Shown in pieces: positions 1 through 13,702 of a DNA stretch of 64,000 nucleotides. This DNA is from Eledone cirrhosa (taxonomy: Eukaryota): positions 38,254,001 to 38,318,000 of the forward strand of contig OZ024743.1 in NCBI GenBank assembly GCA_964016885.1. The letters are read 5' to 3'. The translations under genes and the position numbers were made by a program. Under the pieces are notes generated by a model, which worked only from the letters and a program-made list of their open reading frames with translations, was not told where the DNA came from and did not search any database. Position 1 is the stretch's first letter, and every line of letters begins with the position of its first letter.

Positions 1-3000
1 ACATGGCTACAAAAAGAATTTTCCCCAGACGATCAAGTAAAAAGGGATGGAGAAACCATCATTCCTTTACGACAAGTAAGGTAAGTGGTTTTTCCCATCT
101 TTTCCACTCCGTTTGAACATGACCGCACTCAGAATAGGCAGCATAAATGCGCGAGGCTTGGGGTCGTCATGGAAGCAGGGCCACCTGCTCAACGACCTCA
201 GGTCACTAAACATAGATGTAGTGGCCATCAGCGAGACCAGATCTCCGAAGCACGGGCCTTCGTACCGATCTTCGGCGGCTACGATGTGTACGCATCTCCC
301 AGACGTCCTGCATCGGGGGGAGGAGTTGCTGTGCTTTTTCGGAGAGGTTTGGATCTCGCCATATGGGCCATCTTCCTGGACCCAGAAGGTAAGTTGGTGG
401 TGCTGGACGTGACCAGCGGAGACGGGCAAGCTTTCAGGCTAGTGGCCGTCTATGCCCCGACAGGAGCAGGGCGGCCTGATGTTTTCCGGCGTCTGGAGAC
501 CTTTCTTGGAACGTCCCGCTCTTTAGTGTTAGTGGGCGACTGGAACAGGATCTTAGATGCACGCTGGGACTGTGTGGGTTTAGCGGATAGGGGAGGAGGG
601 TGCAAGAGCCTCACCAACCTGCTCAGGCGTTTTGAACTGTCTGACAGGTACTGATTGGATTTCCCGAATGTGCCAATGTGGACTTGGACAAAACGCATAG
701 GGTCATCCGGATCATATCTAGATAGAGTATTTTGTAGGGAAATAGATAGGTCTAGCATAGGCTGTCCACAATTCAAGATAGTCAGCTACACGCACAACAA
801 ATTTGTGATCTGTGTGCTTGACTTAGATAGGCTTCATAGACGAGGACCCGGCTACTGGAAGCTAAACGTGTACTTACCAGCGCGCAAGGCCTACATAGAA
901 CGAATTACCGAACTAGTTAAGCGGGCGTTGACGGGAGCCATCGTCAACAACAAGTGGTGGCTTGCTCTAAAAAGAGCGATTACAAGAGAGTCCATTAGGT
1001 TTAGTAACGCTTTAGCAATAGAGAAAAATAGAGCAGAGGGAGAACTAGTTAGACAATTAGACGAGGCGCTTAGCAAAGGCATCGCGACCGACGTGCTTGC
1101 GGCGAAATTGGCCCTTGAGCAATTCTTCAATGCAAAGCACGAAGGCTGCGTTGTCAGAGTTAGGGTGCGTGCTCTCAGAGACGAGGGGACGAAAGCCGTT
1201 CGGTGGGCCGGGTCGAAGGATGAACTTTAGTGTCTACCTCGACGGACTGCCGCGGCTCTCGGCCACTGAGGCGGAGTCTTGCGAAAAGCCGATAACAGCC
1301 GCTGAAGTACGGGAGGCAATGACTGGCTGCACAAGGGGTAAATCGCCTGGTTTGGATGGTCTTCCCTATGAACTTTATGTACAGATGCCAGACTTGTTCG
1401 GATGCTTCTTGGCGGACGTCTACTGCAAGTGGCAACAGAAAGGGAGAATTCCCAGCTCTATGATCCGAGGAGCGGTTGCACTGCTGAGGAAGGATCCGAA
1501 CAAGTGGGATAACATAGATAATTTCAGGCGCTTAACTCTGCTAAACACAAAGTTCAAGATTTTGGCCAAGGTGCTAGCAAAGAGGTTCTCGCTTGTCGTT
1601 GGTGGTCTGGTGGGAGAGGCGCAGACATGCGCCATTCCCGACAGATCCATCCACGACAACCACCACCTCATGCGATACACTGCTCTGTGGTGAGAGTGAA
1701 CGGTCACCTTTCGGAACCGTTCAACATTATGCGCTCGGTCCGCCAAGGATGTCCCCTCTCGTCCCTCTTGTATGTACTGACTCTCGATCCATTACTGCAC
1801 AAACTGGAGACGTTGAGGGGCGTCCCGCGCGAACTAGGATGCGGAAGATCCGTGTCAGCATATGCGGACGATGTCACCGTAGTGGTGTCGAACGCCAAAC
1901 ATCGAGGCGATCGGCACTACACTAAGAGAATACGAAGCGGTGACAGGTGCAATGGTCAACCAGGAAAAGTTAGCGGGCCTGCAGCTCGGCACCTGGAGAG
2001 GCAGGTCCATGCCGTCCAACAGCGTCGTCGGATGCTGGACGGACGGACCGGTTAAATTGCTAGGGGTCTTATTCGGTCCGGCCCTCCGGACGGACAAATA
2101 CTGGGACGAGGTGACGAGCAGGGTGGCTTCTCCCACCCAGAAATGGGCGGAGAGGAAGCTATCCCTGAAAGGTCGAGCAGAGTTGGCTAACGCGTACATC
2201 GCGTCTGTCATCTGCTACCGCCTGACCGTCGTACCTTGTCCTAAGACCCGCCAGACTGCGCTGGAGCGTTTGATCTTTCGCTTTTTGTGGAAGGATTAGC
2301 TCCGATGGTCAGGCGGTCCATCTGTTGTCAACACCCGCTATGTGGCGGACTGGGCATGCCGTGGCTGATGATGCGCATACACGCGCTCAGGCTACGACAT
2401 CTCCACCTCTTCCTCGACGGTGATCAGGTGTGGTCGCCGTTTGCTGGACACGTGTTTCCCCAGCTCGTCTCCTTGACGGAGCTGCAGTCCTGGGTCAAGC
2501 GAAGACCGAGAGGGAGAGCCTAGAGACTGGAATGTCTTCAAGCGCTCACAGCCCTCGACCAATCGGGCAATGTGATCGGTGGAAACTCCACCTCGGCGTA
2601 CTATAGAGGATTAATGGAGGGGAAGAGCGACGACGTACTTGGGGAAACTCTAGGCGTCGACGAAAATCAACTAACTAAACTCATTGGAAGAACTTTCGGG
2701 CCGGGGCCTATGGACAACTCCCAGAAATCACTGGCCTGGCAGTGCTACCGAGGAGCCTTGCCAGTTCGGGATAAACTCTACAGGCATGGAGGTGCCGTCA
2801 GCCGGGAATGTCCGAGATGCGCGAAGGGCGACGACACCGTCCTGCACGCACTCGTCCAGTGTCCAAAAATTGCTGACTTGTGGGTTTATTCGAACACCTG
2901 CTGTCGCGTGTAGGACAGATCCGGCTATCATCTGAGTCCATCGTGAGGATTGCCTCGCCCTCTTCCTTTAGCCGAGAAGGGCAGGCAGTTTTTATCTGTC

Positions 3001-3490
3001 TGGTGGCCATGGCGAAAGAGATAGTATGGTGGACACGTTTGAAAGTGCTGAAGACGAGCACTTACCTCTTCGGTGATGCCCTGATTGACTTTTTCAAATT
3101 TCATTTGAAAAGGAAAATCAGAGTAGAGAGGGAAGTGCTCTCTTCCCAGCATTTTGTTGAAAGATGGGTGAGAGAAGCAAGAATGGCCCGAGTGAATGGG
3201 CCTACTCTGAGTATGTATCTGTAAATTAAAGGTGGAAAACTGGGAGAGGGCACTTGCCTTGGTGGTCAGGGCCACTGTGGTCTTTTAATGGGCTTTCTCC
3301 ACAAATGTCCCTTGGAAGTCTCCCCCCTGTTGGGGAATTTTTCTTTGTTATTTTATTTCAACCTCTGTTTTTTTACACGCATAAATGCCCATTTGTACCG
3401 TCCTGTATTGTCCTGTACTGTCCTTAATGTCTACTTTATGTGAACCCTTGTGGTTAATAAAGAAAACATTATTATTATTATTATTATTAA

Positions 3491-3516
<26 letters not shown>
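1..3516 (+). mobile_element. L1/Tx1-clade non-LTR retrotransposon (end of ORF1, decayed ORF2, 3' UTR, (TTA)n tail); begins before the window
   Basis: APE endonuclease motifs (SINARGL, ISETR, VYAP, GDWN, YLDR), RT motifs (KSPGLDGLP, RQGCPLS, YADD) and a C-terminal C-x2-C...H...C (ECPRCAKGDDTVLHALVQCP) occur across several frames. AATAAA at 3456 is followed by (TTA)n from ~3468. Confidence 0.92.
119..3224 (+). pseudogene. Tx1 ORF2 (APE endonuclease-reverse transcriptase), frameshifted and internally deleted
   Basis: ATG at 119 (MTALRIGSINARGL). ORF pieces 85-654, 655-1230, 1097-1693, 1627-2055, 1940-2299, 2287-2523, 2572-2913 and 2880-3224 are collinear domains broken by stops and frameshifts. 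Confidence 0.9.
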
Positions 3517-3521
<5 letters not shown>

Positions 3522-3954
3522 TATATATATATATATATATGCAATTATATACAAACATTTGGAATTAGGAAGCATTAAGGGAATATATTTATAAATGATG
3601 AATAATCCCGAAGTGCAGACATTAAATTCAATTATAGTCAGTTGTTATAAAATACTTTACAAATATCTGTAAAAGAACCTTTTGAGACAGAAAAATATTT
3701 TAAGCAGCCACTACGAGGAATTGATCTTCGTATTTATCAGATAGCAACTGGCTGTAATTGCAATCATTTCCGGCGCTTTTACATCTTGCAGCTTCTATTA
3801 ATATTCAATCCCTTGTAGCGGTCGTTCAGATGTCTTTTTCCCCCACTAAGGTTTTAAACGATTTTATGATATAATTTATGGCGACTGACTGTAATCTTAA
3901 TTCTTTTTTATCGCATGAGCCTCCTTCATCTTCTATAAATAAATAGATAAATGT

Positions 3955-3974
3955 ATGTATACACACAAACACAT

Positions 3975-4059
<85 letters not shown>

Positions 4060-4123
4060 AATATATATATATAATAAATATATATAAATATCTATAAATT
4101 TATATATGTATATATGTATGTAT

Positions 4124-4172
<49 letters not shown>

Positions 4173-4220
4173 GAAAGCGAGAGCGAGAGATAGAGAGAGG
4201 GGAGGGAGAGAGAGAGAGAA
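3955..4220. repeat. compound (CA)n/(TA)n/(GA)n microsatellite, representative of dozens in the window
   Basis: Direct reading of the sequence. Confidence 0.95.
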
Positions 4221-4866
4221 CTATAGACAGTTAAGTAGAGTGATATGTAGGGGTTAAGTGAGAAAGAGAATGACAGGAAAGGAAGGGAGAAACGGATGTC
4301 CATTTATTCATGTGTATGCATTAAACAGATATGATTCACACACCTACATATATTCATGTTCAAAAGAAGCATATTTCTCTTTGGTAGCTCACTTTGATGT
4401 TTTGATAGTTGAATGTCCTAATATACATCGATGTCATCAATGCGTAAATTATCGATAACACTGACGATCCATTTCAGTGTTAATGGTTACGCCACATAGA
4501 GTGGCATGACAATCTAATTGACTACAGGTGACAGTTATAATTTACCCTGACAAAAATGAGAATTTCTGGCAATAAATATGATTCGTGTATTTACTGAATC
4601 CAATCAACTATGATCTACAAAACCTCTTCTTTGTCTTTCATCTTCTTACAGTAATATAAAACATGAACACCCAATAACCGGCTACAAAATACAACGGTCT
4701 ATGATGAAATATATACACGAAAATGTTTTCGCATATATATATATATATATATATAAATATATAAATATATTACACACTGCACACGTACGAAGGCACGCCT
4801 GCACGTATGTGTGTAAATATACACACACACACACACGCATACACACACACCCACACACACACACAC

Positions 4867-4925
<59 letters not shown>

Positions 4926-5095
4926 AAATAACAGATTAAAGTTTAAGCAAATAATCGCCGCTTTCACCTTTAACGGGATCTTCTGAAACAAAAAAAAATC
5001 AATCTGTAAACGCAGAAGTAAATATTACGAAAAACGTTGCATGAAGTTTGTGGACACATATTATATATATAGGTGGATTACCTTAAACGTTACCT

Positions 5096-5137
<42 letters not shown>

Positions 5138-5141
5138 GTGT

Positions 5142-5260
<119 letters not shown>

Positions 5261-5403
5261 TGTGTGTGTGTGTGTGCGTGCGTGTGTGTGTGTGTGTGTG
5301 TATGTTTATGCATTTATAGCAATATCCGTATGTTTGTAAAAGGATAGAGGGAAATACTGGTTAATCGGGTAGTGAGCTGAATTATTATATTATTTTATAT
5401 AAG

Positions 5404-5592
5404 GGCGGTGGATTAACAGTATCGGTAGAGGGTCGGACGCCATGCCTTCCACCATAGTTACGTACCTTTACGATCTGAGTTCAAATCCAGCCGAGGTTGA
5501 CTTTGCCTTTCATCCTTACGGGGTCGATAAAATAAAGTACCAGTAATGCACTGGGTAATTGCTGATCTTGTGCCTAAAGTAGAAACAATTAT
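5404..5592 (+). mobile_element. tRNA-derived SINE (octopus-type family, copy 1)
   Basis: B-box-like GAGTTCAAATCC and conserved body GAGGTTGACTTTGCCTTTCATCCTTACGGGGTCGATAAAATAAAGTACCAG; ends TAGAAACAATT. Five more copies occur in the window. Confidence 0.85.
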
Positions 5593-5680
5593 ATTATATA
5601 TATATGTTCATACAGGGCACAAAAGTGCGACCTAATGTTTCAAGGCTCAATGGTGAATATAGGTCAAAATGTTGATGCCT

Positions 5681-5723
5681 CATACATTCTGAAGAGATGG
5701 TCAATATAAGGCCTTGAAACCTT

Positions 5724-5728
<5 letters not shown>
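5681..5728 (+). ncRNA. hammerhead-like motif truncated at the cleavage site by (TA)n
   Basis: CTGAAGA 5689, GGTC/GGCC stem II, GAAA 5716, ACC-tta-GGT-A stem III. An inverted partial copy lies at 5630-5646. The 3' strand of stem I is missing. Confidence 0.5.
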
Positions 5729-5769
<41 letters not shown>

Positions 5770-5825
5770 GTAAGTATGTATGTATACGTACATACATATA
5801 TGTATACAGACGTACAGTAGCATGC

Positions 5826-5858
<33 letters not shown>

Positions 5859-5964
5859 GGTACACATACATATATGCACGCATCAGTTTAGCGGACGCTT
5901 ATTATAATGCCGCTTTGTTCGTTTGTAAACAAAACTGAACAGCCTGAATTTATGCCATACGGTG

Positions 5965-6036
<72 letters not shown>

Positions 6037-6212
6037 ATATATACATACACACACACACGCACGCACACACACGCACGCACACACACACATACACACACAC
6101 GAATACACACACATACACATATATATATACATAGATATATATATGTAAGTATATGTCATACTTACGTGCATACAGCTATTTTATGTATAAATATGTTTAT
6201 TATTATATATAC

Positions 6213-6278
<66 letters not shown>

Positions 6279-6799
6279 TAAACATATATTTATACATAAA
6301 ATAGCTATATGCACGCAAGTATGACATTACGCTCGAGGCATTCGTCAACCCAAGGCCCTATTAGAACGCATTTTTCAAATTTGCCGCTCAAGATGAGTGG
6401 ATTCGAAACCACTTGGCTGCAAAGCGAACTCTTTATCCAAACACATATGCTTATTCTATAAATTTTTCTGCCGTTTCTTTACTTCTGTTACATCGTATTT
6501 ATGTACAATCTTCGTTAATTTACTTATTAATCATCTGAGTTTGTTGTGTAACATAAATCATACAGGATTTATCATTTATATTTGTAATCATTGCCATTAA
6601 ACCACACAGCATATTAGGGTGCATCTGTAATCCACAATGCGTTTTACTCTCGTTTAATGTTTATTTTTGTAAGAGATATTTTAATTTGAAGCAAGATATA
6701 TTTGCACCGTAATGGAATTTTATAGACATTTTTTATTTACCCCATGTTATATTATTTGTTTTTACTCAGCCTGGTCAAATCGCTTTCCTAAAACATGAA

Positions 6800-6842
6800 T
6801 ATTTATAAGAGGTGATAATCACATTATCACCTCTTATAAATA
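6800..6842. repeat. perfect 20-bp-arm hairpin
   Basis: TATTTATAAGAGGTGATAAT-cac-ATTATCACCTCTTATAAATA. Confidence 0.9.
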
Positions 6843-8950
6843 CGAAATGCCTTTGAAATTAGATGCATATGGTACAATCTGAAGAATTAACTGATTATAA
6901 ATGCAATGTTTGTTTTTTCACTCTTAGATATTTAAACCCCAATTGAAACCATTGCAAATGCTTGATATTTTTAACATCAAATACGGAAAAAAAAGTACTC
7001 AGCGAAAGTTCTGTGATGAGAGTTAACATAAAACTCTAAAAGTGTGTGACCGGTTATTATAGTAATTTTGTATATCTCACGATCATGTAATTTTGTTCCT
7101 GAAATGTCGTATTTCGGAGGTAATTTAATATCCCTACATATATTTTTTTTGTTCATCTCCTGAAATAAGGTAATTTTACTACGATCAAAGAAATTACTGA
7201 TTCATTTCAAACCGATTCATAGAGAGCCTTTCCTGGAACAAAAATCAATAAAAGATCTTCAATACATTTGAGTACTTCGATTCTTTCATTTCGGTATAGT
7301 AAGCATATTGCCTGTTTTATGTTGACCTAACGAGATGCAGAAGCTCTTTTCCGTTTCGTGCTTAATAACTGTTTATATATTAAGTGTGATCCTAGTTCCA
7401 TGAAAGGTTTAACACTGATTAATGTATATAAATATATAGTTTGTTGAATCTACACACCCATATACTATTACCACTGCTGAACTAAGTAGTTACTAAGTGT
7501 ATAATGTACGTAATCATAATATTAATGGAAATAGTTCATGTAAATAAAGAATAAATGTGTTATATCAAATAATATCATCCCCTGTCTAATAGTGGCGGTG
7601 TTATGCTGGCATTAGAATTCTTAAACTAATATCGCATTATTAAAAATGGCATCCATTTTCTCTATTCACACAGTTTTCATCTCAAGAAGTATTTGAAGAA
7701 ATTGATGAGGTTTTGATGAAATAGTATATACACTTTTCTCAATCCATTTCAGCATTCTCCATTATACTCCGTGTTTCGGTATGGCCGTTAGAAAGATTAA
7801 TATTACCCAGTTTAAATTGCCGAAACGAAAATTTGGAATGATTATGGCAAGTCTCCACGTTATCACATTCTGATAAGAAAGCAATATGCATAAGGAAAGT
7901 GTTATTTTCATAGAATGGATCGGCCGATGACATAATGCTTTATGGATCAAATGTTACTCTTGTAGCAAAATGTTATATTTTTGTTTTGTCAAATTCTGTT
8001 CGAGTCACTTGAATAAGGATGTATGCTGTAATACTTCAGCCATTGACTGCCTGTAAAATACATAAGCTATATCCAAGTATTTGCAATCATAGATGTAGGA
8101 CGATCATTATGTATGACCAGATGTTGTAAAGTGTAAGTAAATTAGAGGCACGATCGAGTCAGTAGTTATATCAAGTACCACGTTATCCTCTCTACAACCG
8201 CACACATGAAGTGCATTATATAATGTTTAAATAGTAATAAAACACAATTCGTTCTATACGTTTGGCAAAGATTCTCCAAATATATATCACAAATCAATAA
8301 AATGACAACTCAGTGAAATAATAGGGCACATATGCTTAGCAAACGTTATACTCAAAGCAGCTCTCACAACCAACAACCCATGTCATCCTGACATTATTTT
8401 CACGAGGAGATTAACAAGTTTATGTTCAAAGCAATAACGAAGATCTATAACCTATTACAAATGCCTTGAAATGTCAAAGGAATTTCAATGAGTTTCTTAT
8501 CGAAATACATTAAAGCAATTAGGAATGTCTCCATCATATTCTTTATAACAGATGAACAGACATTTCTTTGCCTGCAACCATTTTAACAATAACAACAATA
8601 CTAATAATAACATAAGCGAAATATATCTTGAACGATGGAGGCAGGAAACTAAGGCGTGAACCATGACCTACAGTAGAAAAGACATAGTAACAGCTAGAGA
8701 AGGAATAGCATTAACAACGGCAACACAAACATGAACAATAACACTAAACAACAACATAAATAATAAATCTAGTAGTAACATTATGAGCATGGGATAGGGG
8801 AAAACAACAGGAAACGAGCATATTCAGAACAAAAACATTAACCCTTTTAATATAAACCCAGCCAATTTTAACGTGTTTCTACTTCAATTAGATTCTTTGA
8901 ACATAATTTTAATTAAGAACCATATTATAAGTTATTATCTTAGTAAAGTA

Positions 8951-9135
8951 GGACGGTGGATTGGCAGTATCAGTAGAGGGTCGAACGCCATGCTTTCCAG
9001 CATAGTTACGTCCCTTTACGATCTGAGTTCAAATCCCGCCGAGGTTGACTTTGCCTTTCAGACTTACGGGGTCGATAAAATAAAGTACCAGTAATGCACT
9101 GGGTAATTGTTGGCCTTGTGCCTAAAGTAGAAACA
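8951..9135 (+). mobile_element. tRNA-derived SINE copy 2 with 15-bp target-site duplication
   Basis: Same family as 5404. TSD ATTATCTTAGTAAAG at 8934-8948 and 9136-9150. Confidence 0.9.
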
Positions 9136-10149
9136 ATTATCTTAGTAAAGAAATCCTTAATAATTTTTGGAAATCCATCAAATTCTTCATGAATTTAATA
9201 AAAAAGCGTATATCTCATTCGATATGGTCACGAAAATGTCAAGAGTTATTTATAACTTGAAGTAGAAAACAATGTTAATTCGATCTATACCGTGAACAAG
9301 AACAGAATACGTGAAACATACGACAAAGACATTTGTCGAGTTGTAAAATGTTAAGCAATTGGTTTAGTGGAGTTAAAAGTGCGGTTCAAATCACATTTCT
9401 GTAAAGATCTGGTTCGAAATCTAGAATGCAGATATATTTAGTTGAGCATATTATTTATCCAAATAAATATTATGAAATGTTAAGAATATTCATAAGATTA
9501 TATTATTTCCTTGTGGGTCGTCCGTCATCAAAAGGAGAGGAAATAGCATCCAGGTTTCTCTGGAAACGTCCAAACATCTGTACCTTATCACTGGAAAGCA
9601 ACAAAGCATATTGGAGGGGCACCGTAGAAATTAATATCTTTAAATAGATTTTTAGGATATATTTTCTCAATATTTTGGCAGAATATGACTATCTCTGTAA
9701 TTGATGCTCCGTAATAATTTCTAGGTAGATGACAATTAATGCCTTTGTGCTGCTACTCTTAATAACACATTACTGTGCTTATCATGATTACCAACATCAC
9801 TGGGTACTAAACTTAAGCATCATATTCAATTGTAATCGAATAAACCTGCTATCGGATGATATGAAAGCATGAAATTAGGTAATTTCATGTTTAATATCTG
9901 GAGTTAGATTATTAATCACTCTGGTAGGGGCGTTGTTTAACGAGGTTAAAATGCCAGCCTTCAACATGTTATGAAATGCACCGAATTCAAATATAAATTA
10001 GGAACAACTTCTCAAATCAGGAATAAGAAGTATAAACAAGAATAATAAGTATACGCATTAGAGTTAACAATATTGGTGGGAGGGAAAGTCGATAAAATCG
10101 CGCCTCTTGCATTACTGGTACTTTATTTCATTGATCCCGTATATATAGA

Positions 10150-10760
10150 TCAACATTGACAAGTTCTAGAATGTGTGAGAAAGGGGAGACAATAAACCAC
10201 ATTATTAGTTAATGTAAGATGCTTGCCCAGAAAGACTACTAGGAAGGCATGACAACATTGCCAGATTGTTTCATTGAAAGCTCTGTCATCAGTATGACAT
10301 GAGCAAAAGTGAGAAATGGTATGAACACCGCTGAGTATGGCAATAATTCTGAAAAGGGCTTTGGAAATATGAAGGAGAATAAACATTGTTTGCTTGGGAC
10401 GGCTAGGATCTGAACTGAAAAGATGGAAACACCTTCATGAAACCAATGATCACTGAATGTTGACCACTATGTTGACTAAGCCAGGCGTTTAGATCAATTC
10501 TGAGCTAAGACAGAATAGACTCTTTCAAATCAACCACAAATACTTTTGGGAAATATGTAAGGTCAGATGCAGAAGAAAGCATTGCTTTTTGGAAAAACAT
10601 TTGGACCACATCTACTGAACACAACGACGAAACAGATGGAGTAAAGAAGGCTGGAAAAAGGTTAGCAAGTGATAAGAAGAAAGACAACTTCAAAATGGAA
10701 AAGTGATTGTGAAAATTTAGTTGCGAGTGACGCCAAAGGAGGTAGCATATGGGTAAGATC
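10150..10760 (+). mobile_element. highly decayed R4/Dong-type (RLE) non-LTR retrotransposon fragments
   Basis: Translation by eye gives RMCEKGETINHII..KMLAQKDY..RHDNIAR..KLC..KWYEH (CCHC region), CLLGTARI (C-terminus) and FWKNIW...EHN (pre-RT region). Confidence 0.6.
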
Positions 10761-10960
10761 ATATAAATAGATGCAGGTTAAAAGACACCAGCAAACATGC
10801 AATATAGTAGAAACAAAAGTTTCATACACTTAACATATATGAAACTGTGTTTATACTAAATAAGCTCTCTTGCAATAGATTGGGAACTGTCCTTGATCCT
10901 TCGGCCACTATTTCTAAACACACATATAAAAATAAAATTATTTATATACTCACATATATA

Positions 10961-11029
<69 letters not shown>

Positions 11030-11149
11030 CAGTAAGTTATAGTTCACTTGAAGCATTGTGTAATGAGGTATAAACGTTTGTATTTGTAAAGGCAAAACAA
11101 TGCAGGTATGGACATAGAATAAAAATGCAAATGCAAAAGATATTGTTGA

Positions 11150-12175
11150 CAATTAGTCTTTTACCTTAAATTTATTTAAATGTCCTTAATTTTCGAGATA
11201 ATATCTCTTCTTCGGAGGGAAGTAAAGCGGTTAAACCAGTGTTCTAAATAGCTTGCCGAGTCATGCTGACAGGAAATGGTATAGAGTATCTCTTCTATCT
11301 CTAATGTCAAAGAGTTAAGGTTAGGTGGATAAAGAGTAGTCTCCCTTTAAAAGGGGTGTTGTACATGTATGTTTAAGTATGTGGGAGAATGCGTGAAGGT
11401 GTAAGTATGTGTGTGTGTGTGTGTGTGAGAAGATGTCTATACGTAAATATGGGGGATAGATGCTCTCTCGTGTTAGAACTGGTCTTTGTGTGTGTATGTG
11501 TGTGTGTGAGAGAGAATAAGTGGAGGTGTAAGCGCGTGTGTGTGTGTTTATGCGTGCGTGTGCGTGTGCGTGTGTGTGGGATGTGGGTTGGTGTAAATAT
11601 GGGGCTAGAAGCTCTATCAAGTTATAAATTGGGTGTTCAGTTCTAGTCTATTATTGATTGGGGGTTGTGTTTTGTCTATAATTAGTGCTTTCTTAATTCT
11701 AAGATTACCGTGGTTTCTTTCCTTAGTTTTTATCCTAACTGTTATGGTTTTGTCGGTGTTTTTGCATTTCACTAGGTGTTTCTTAAATGAGGAAGTGTTA
11801 GTATTGAGGTATTCTTTTATTCTTATGTGGAGTGGTCTGGTGGTGCTACCTACGTAGAAGTTGCTGTATTTGTCGCACTCTAGTCTGTGTACGACGTAAG
11901 CCTGGTGGCATAGGTCTGTGTCGTTGATGGGGCAGTTGTCTAGCCTGCAGCGGTTGTCATGTCTGTTGGAGTCTCTTTTGGTTAGCTGTCCGCGTAGAGA
12001 AGGTCCTGAGTGGGTTAGTACGATATCTAGTCCCTCTCGTCTGATAGCTCTGCGGATGGCTGTTGTTGTTTCGTCACTGAAGTGTGGGAGCTTCAGGAAG
12101 CAAGTGTTATTGCCTCGGGTGTGGTGTCCTCTGTTCTTTCTGGCACAGTTTGTGGTGGATGTCGAGTATCCTGGA
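11150..12175 (-). mobile_element. 5'-truncated Penelope-like element: GIY-YIG domain plus 3' region (possibly Nematis-like)
   Basis: ORF 11617-12264 contains C-x4-CP...LC...VVHRLECDKYSNFYVGSTTRPLHIRIKE, a GIY-YIG domain with an upstream Cys motif. A decayed HHR lies downstream at 11184-11218. Confidence 0.8.
11184..11218 (-). ncRNA. minimal hammerhead with mutated core (CCGAAGA)
   Basis: Minus strand: CCT-CCGAAGA-aGAGATAtTATCTC-GAAA-ATT-A-AGG. Confidence 0.55.
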
Positions 12176-12425
12176 CAACTGGACAACTGCAATGCATACA
12201 CGTACCTTAATCTGAACACCGTAGGAAACTTTTCTCGCATATTTGGCGTTTTCGGAATATACAACGTATGTAGAATGGGAGCATGACACTAGGTCCAATA
12301 ATACAGATCGGACTTTTAAAACCATATATATTTTTATGCTTCTTCGAATAAACAAGCACGCAACCTCACACCCGAACCGCACACATTTATGTATATTTAT
12401 AATATTGATAAAAATCATATATATA

Positions 12426-12507
<82 letters not shown>

Positions 12508-12901
12508 ATTAAATAAATGGAAACTATATGCTATGCCTTCCTCAGACAAAATACAATATAAACAGTTTTATAGATAAATAGATTCGACGTACCGTAACAA
12601 CATCGACTTGCATTTGAAGAGATTGATTTGGCAGTGAGAAAATTGTACACAGAGAGAAAGAAAGAGAGAAAAAAGAATGAAAGACAGAAAACGAAGAAAA
12701 GGAAGAAAAAGAAGAGATGCATGGAACAAAATAGAGAGATGGAAAGATAGATAAAGAGAAGAACTTCATGTAAAGAAACAGAAAGATATATATATATATA
12801 GAGAGAGAGGAAATAGAGTCTCGTCGAATAGAAAGATTTTCGACGAAAAAGCCCAATACTATAATGAAGCATTAGCTACAGCAGGATATGCTGATAAGAT
12901 T

Positions 12902-13702
12902 GTGTACATAGATAATGATAGACAAACTAAACAAAGTAACAACTTTTTTAATTACGGCAACAACCTTAACAACTATAATAGAAAGCATTACAATAATTCC
13001 AAAGGCCAAAAAAGAAATAGAACTAGGAACATAATTTGGTTTGCCCCCCCCCCCCCCTTCTCACTAAACATTAAAACCCACATCGCTAAACTATTTTTCA
13101 AAGCTCTTGATAATCGCTTCCCTAGAACACATAGGTATCACTCAATTTTCAATAAACATACAATAAAATTAACCTACTCATCCACCAAAAATTTAGCACA
13201 AAATATTAATAGAATAAATAATAGGAACTTAAAACCTAGTGATAATAGCATAAATAATATACAAGTTAACAAATGTAACTGTAGAGATAGATCTAAATGT
13301 CCGTTAAATAACAACTACTTAGTTAAAAATATAGTATACAATTGTAATGTTAATACTGACTCTAATTCTTTTAACTACGTCGGTTCCACATCGACGGAAT
13401 TTAAACTTCGCTATAATAACCACAAGAATTCTTTCACAGATCCAAGCAAAAAATCTTCAACGGCACTATCAGGCGTACTCTGGCAACTTAAGCTAGATAA
13501 CGCTAGATATTCGACGGCTTGGAATATAGTCTCAAGAGGGATTCCTTTTAATTCATCCTCTGAGACATGTGACCTCTGCGCAGAGGAGATATTCTTTATA
13601 CTAAAATCTAAAAATTCCCTTAATCTACGGACAAATTTATTCAGTTGTTGCAAACATAGATTAAACTCAACGTTTAAATATAAATTTAAATTTAAAATGT
13701 AG
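12902..13702 (+). pseudogene. PLE C-terminal linker plus GIY-YIG endonuclease (open frame, 5'-truncated)
   Basis: RNIIWFAPP.FS, IFNKHTIKLTYS, CNCRDRSKCPL, IVYNC..YVGSTSTEFKLRYNNH, CDLCAEE, CKHR. Confidence 0.85.

Noticed and set aside
6400-10100. Possible host exons in the less repetitive stretches (also 15450-16800, 34150-35250, 49500-52600, 60800-62600)
   Set aside because: No recognisable protein motif or convincing splice-bounded ORF. Short exons cannot be excluded without RNA-seq.
11617-12264. Intact 215-aa GIY-YIG gene
   Set aside because: The first ~29 residues come from an unrelated inverted flank segment; it is a truncated PLE fragment, not a standalone gene.
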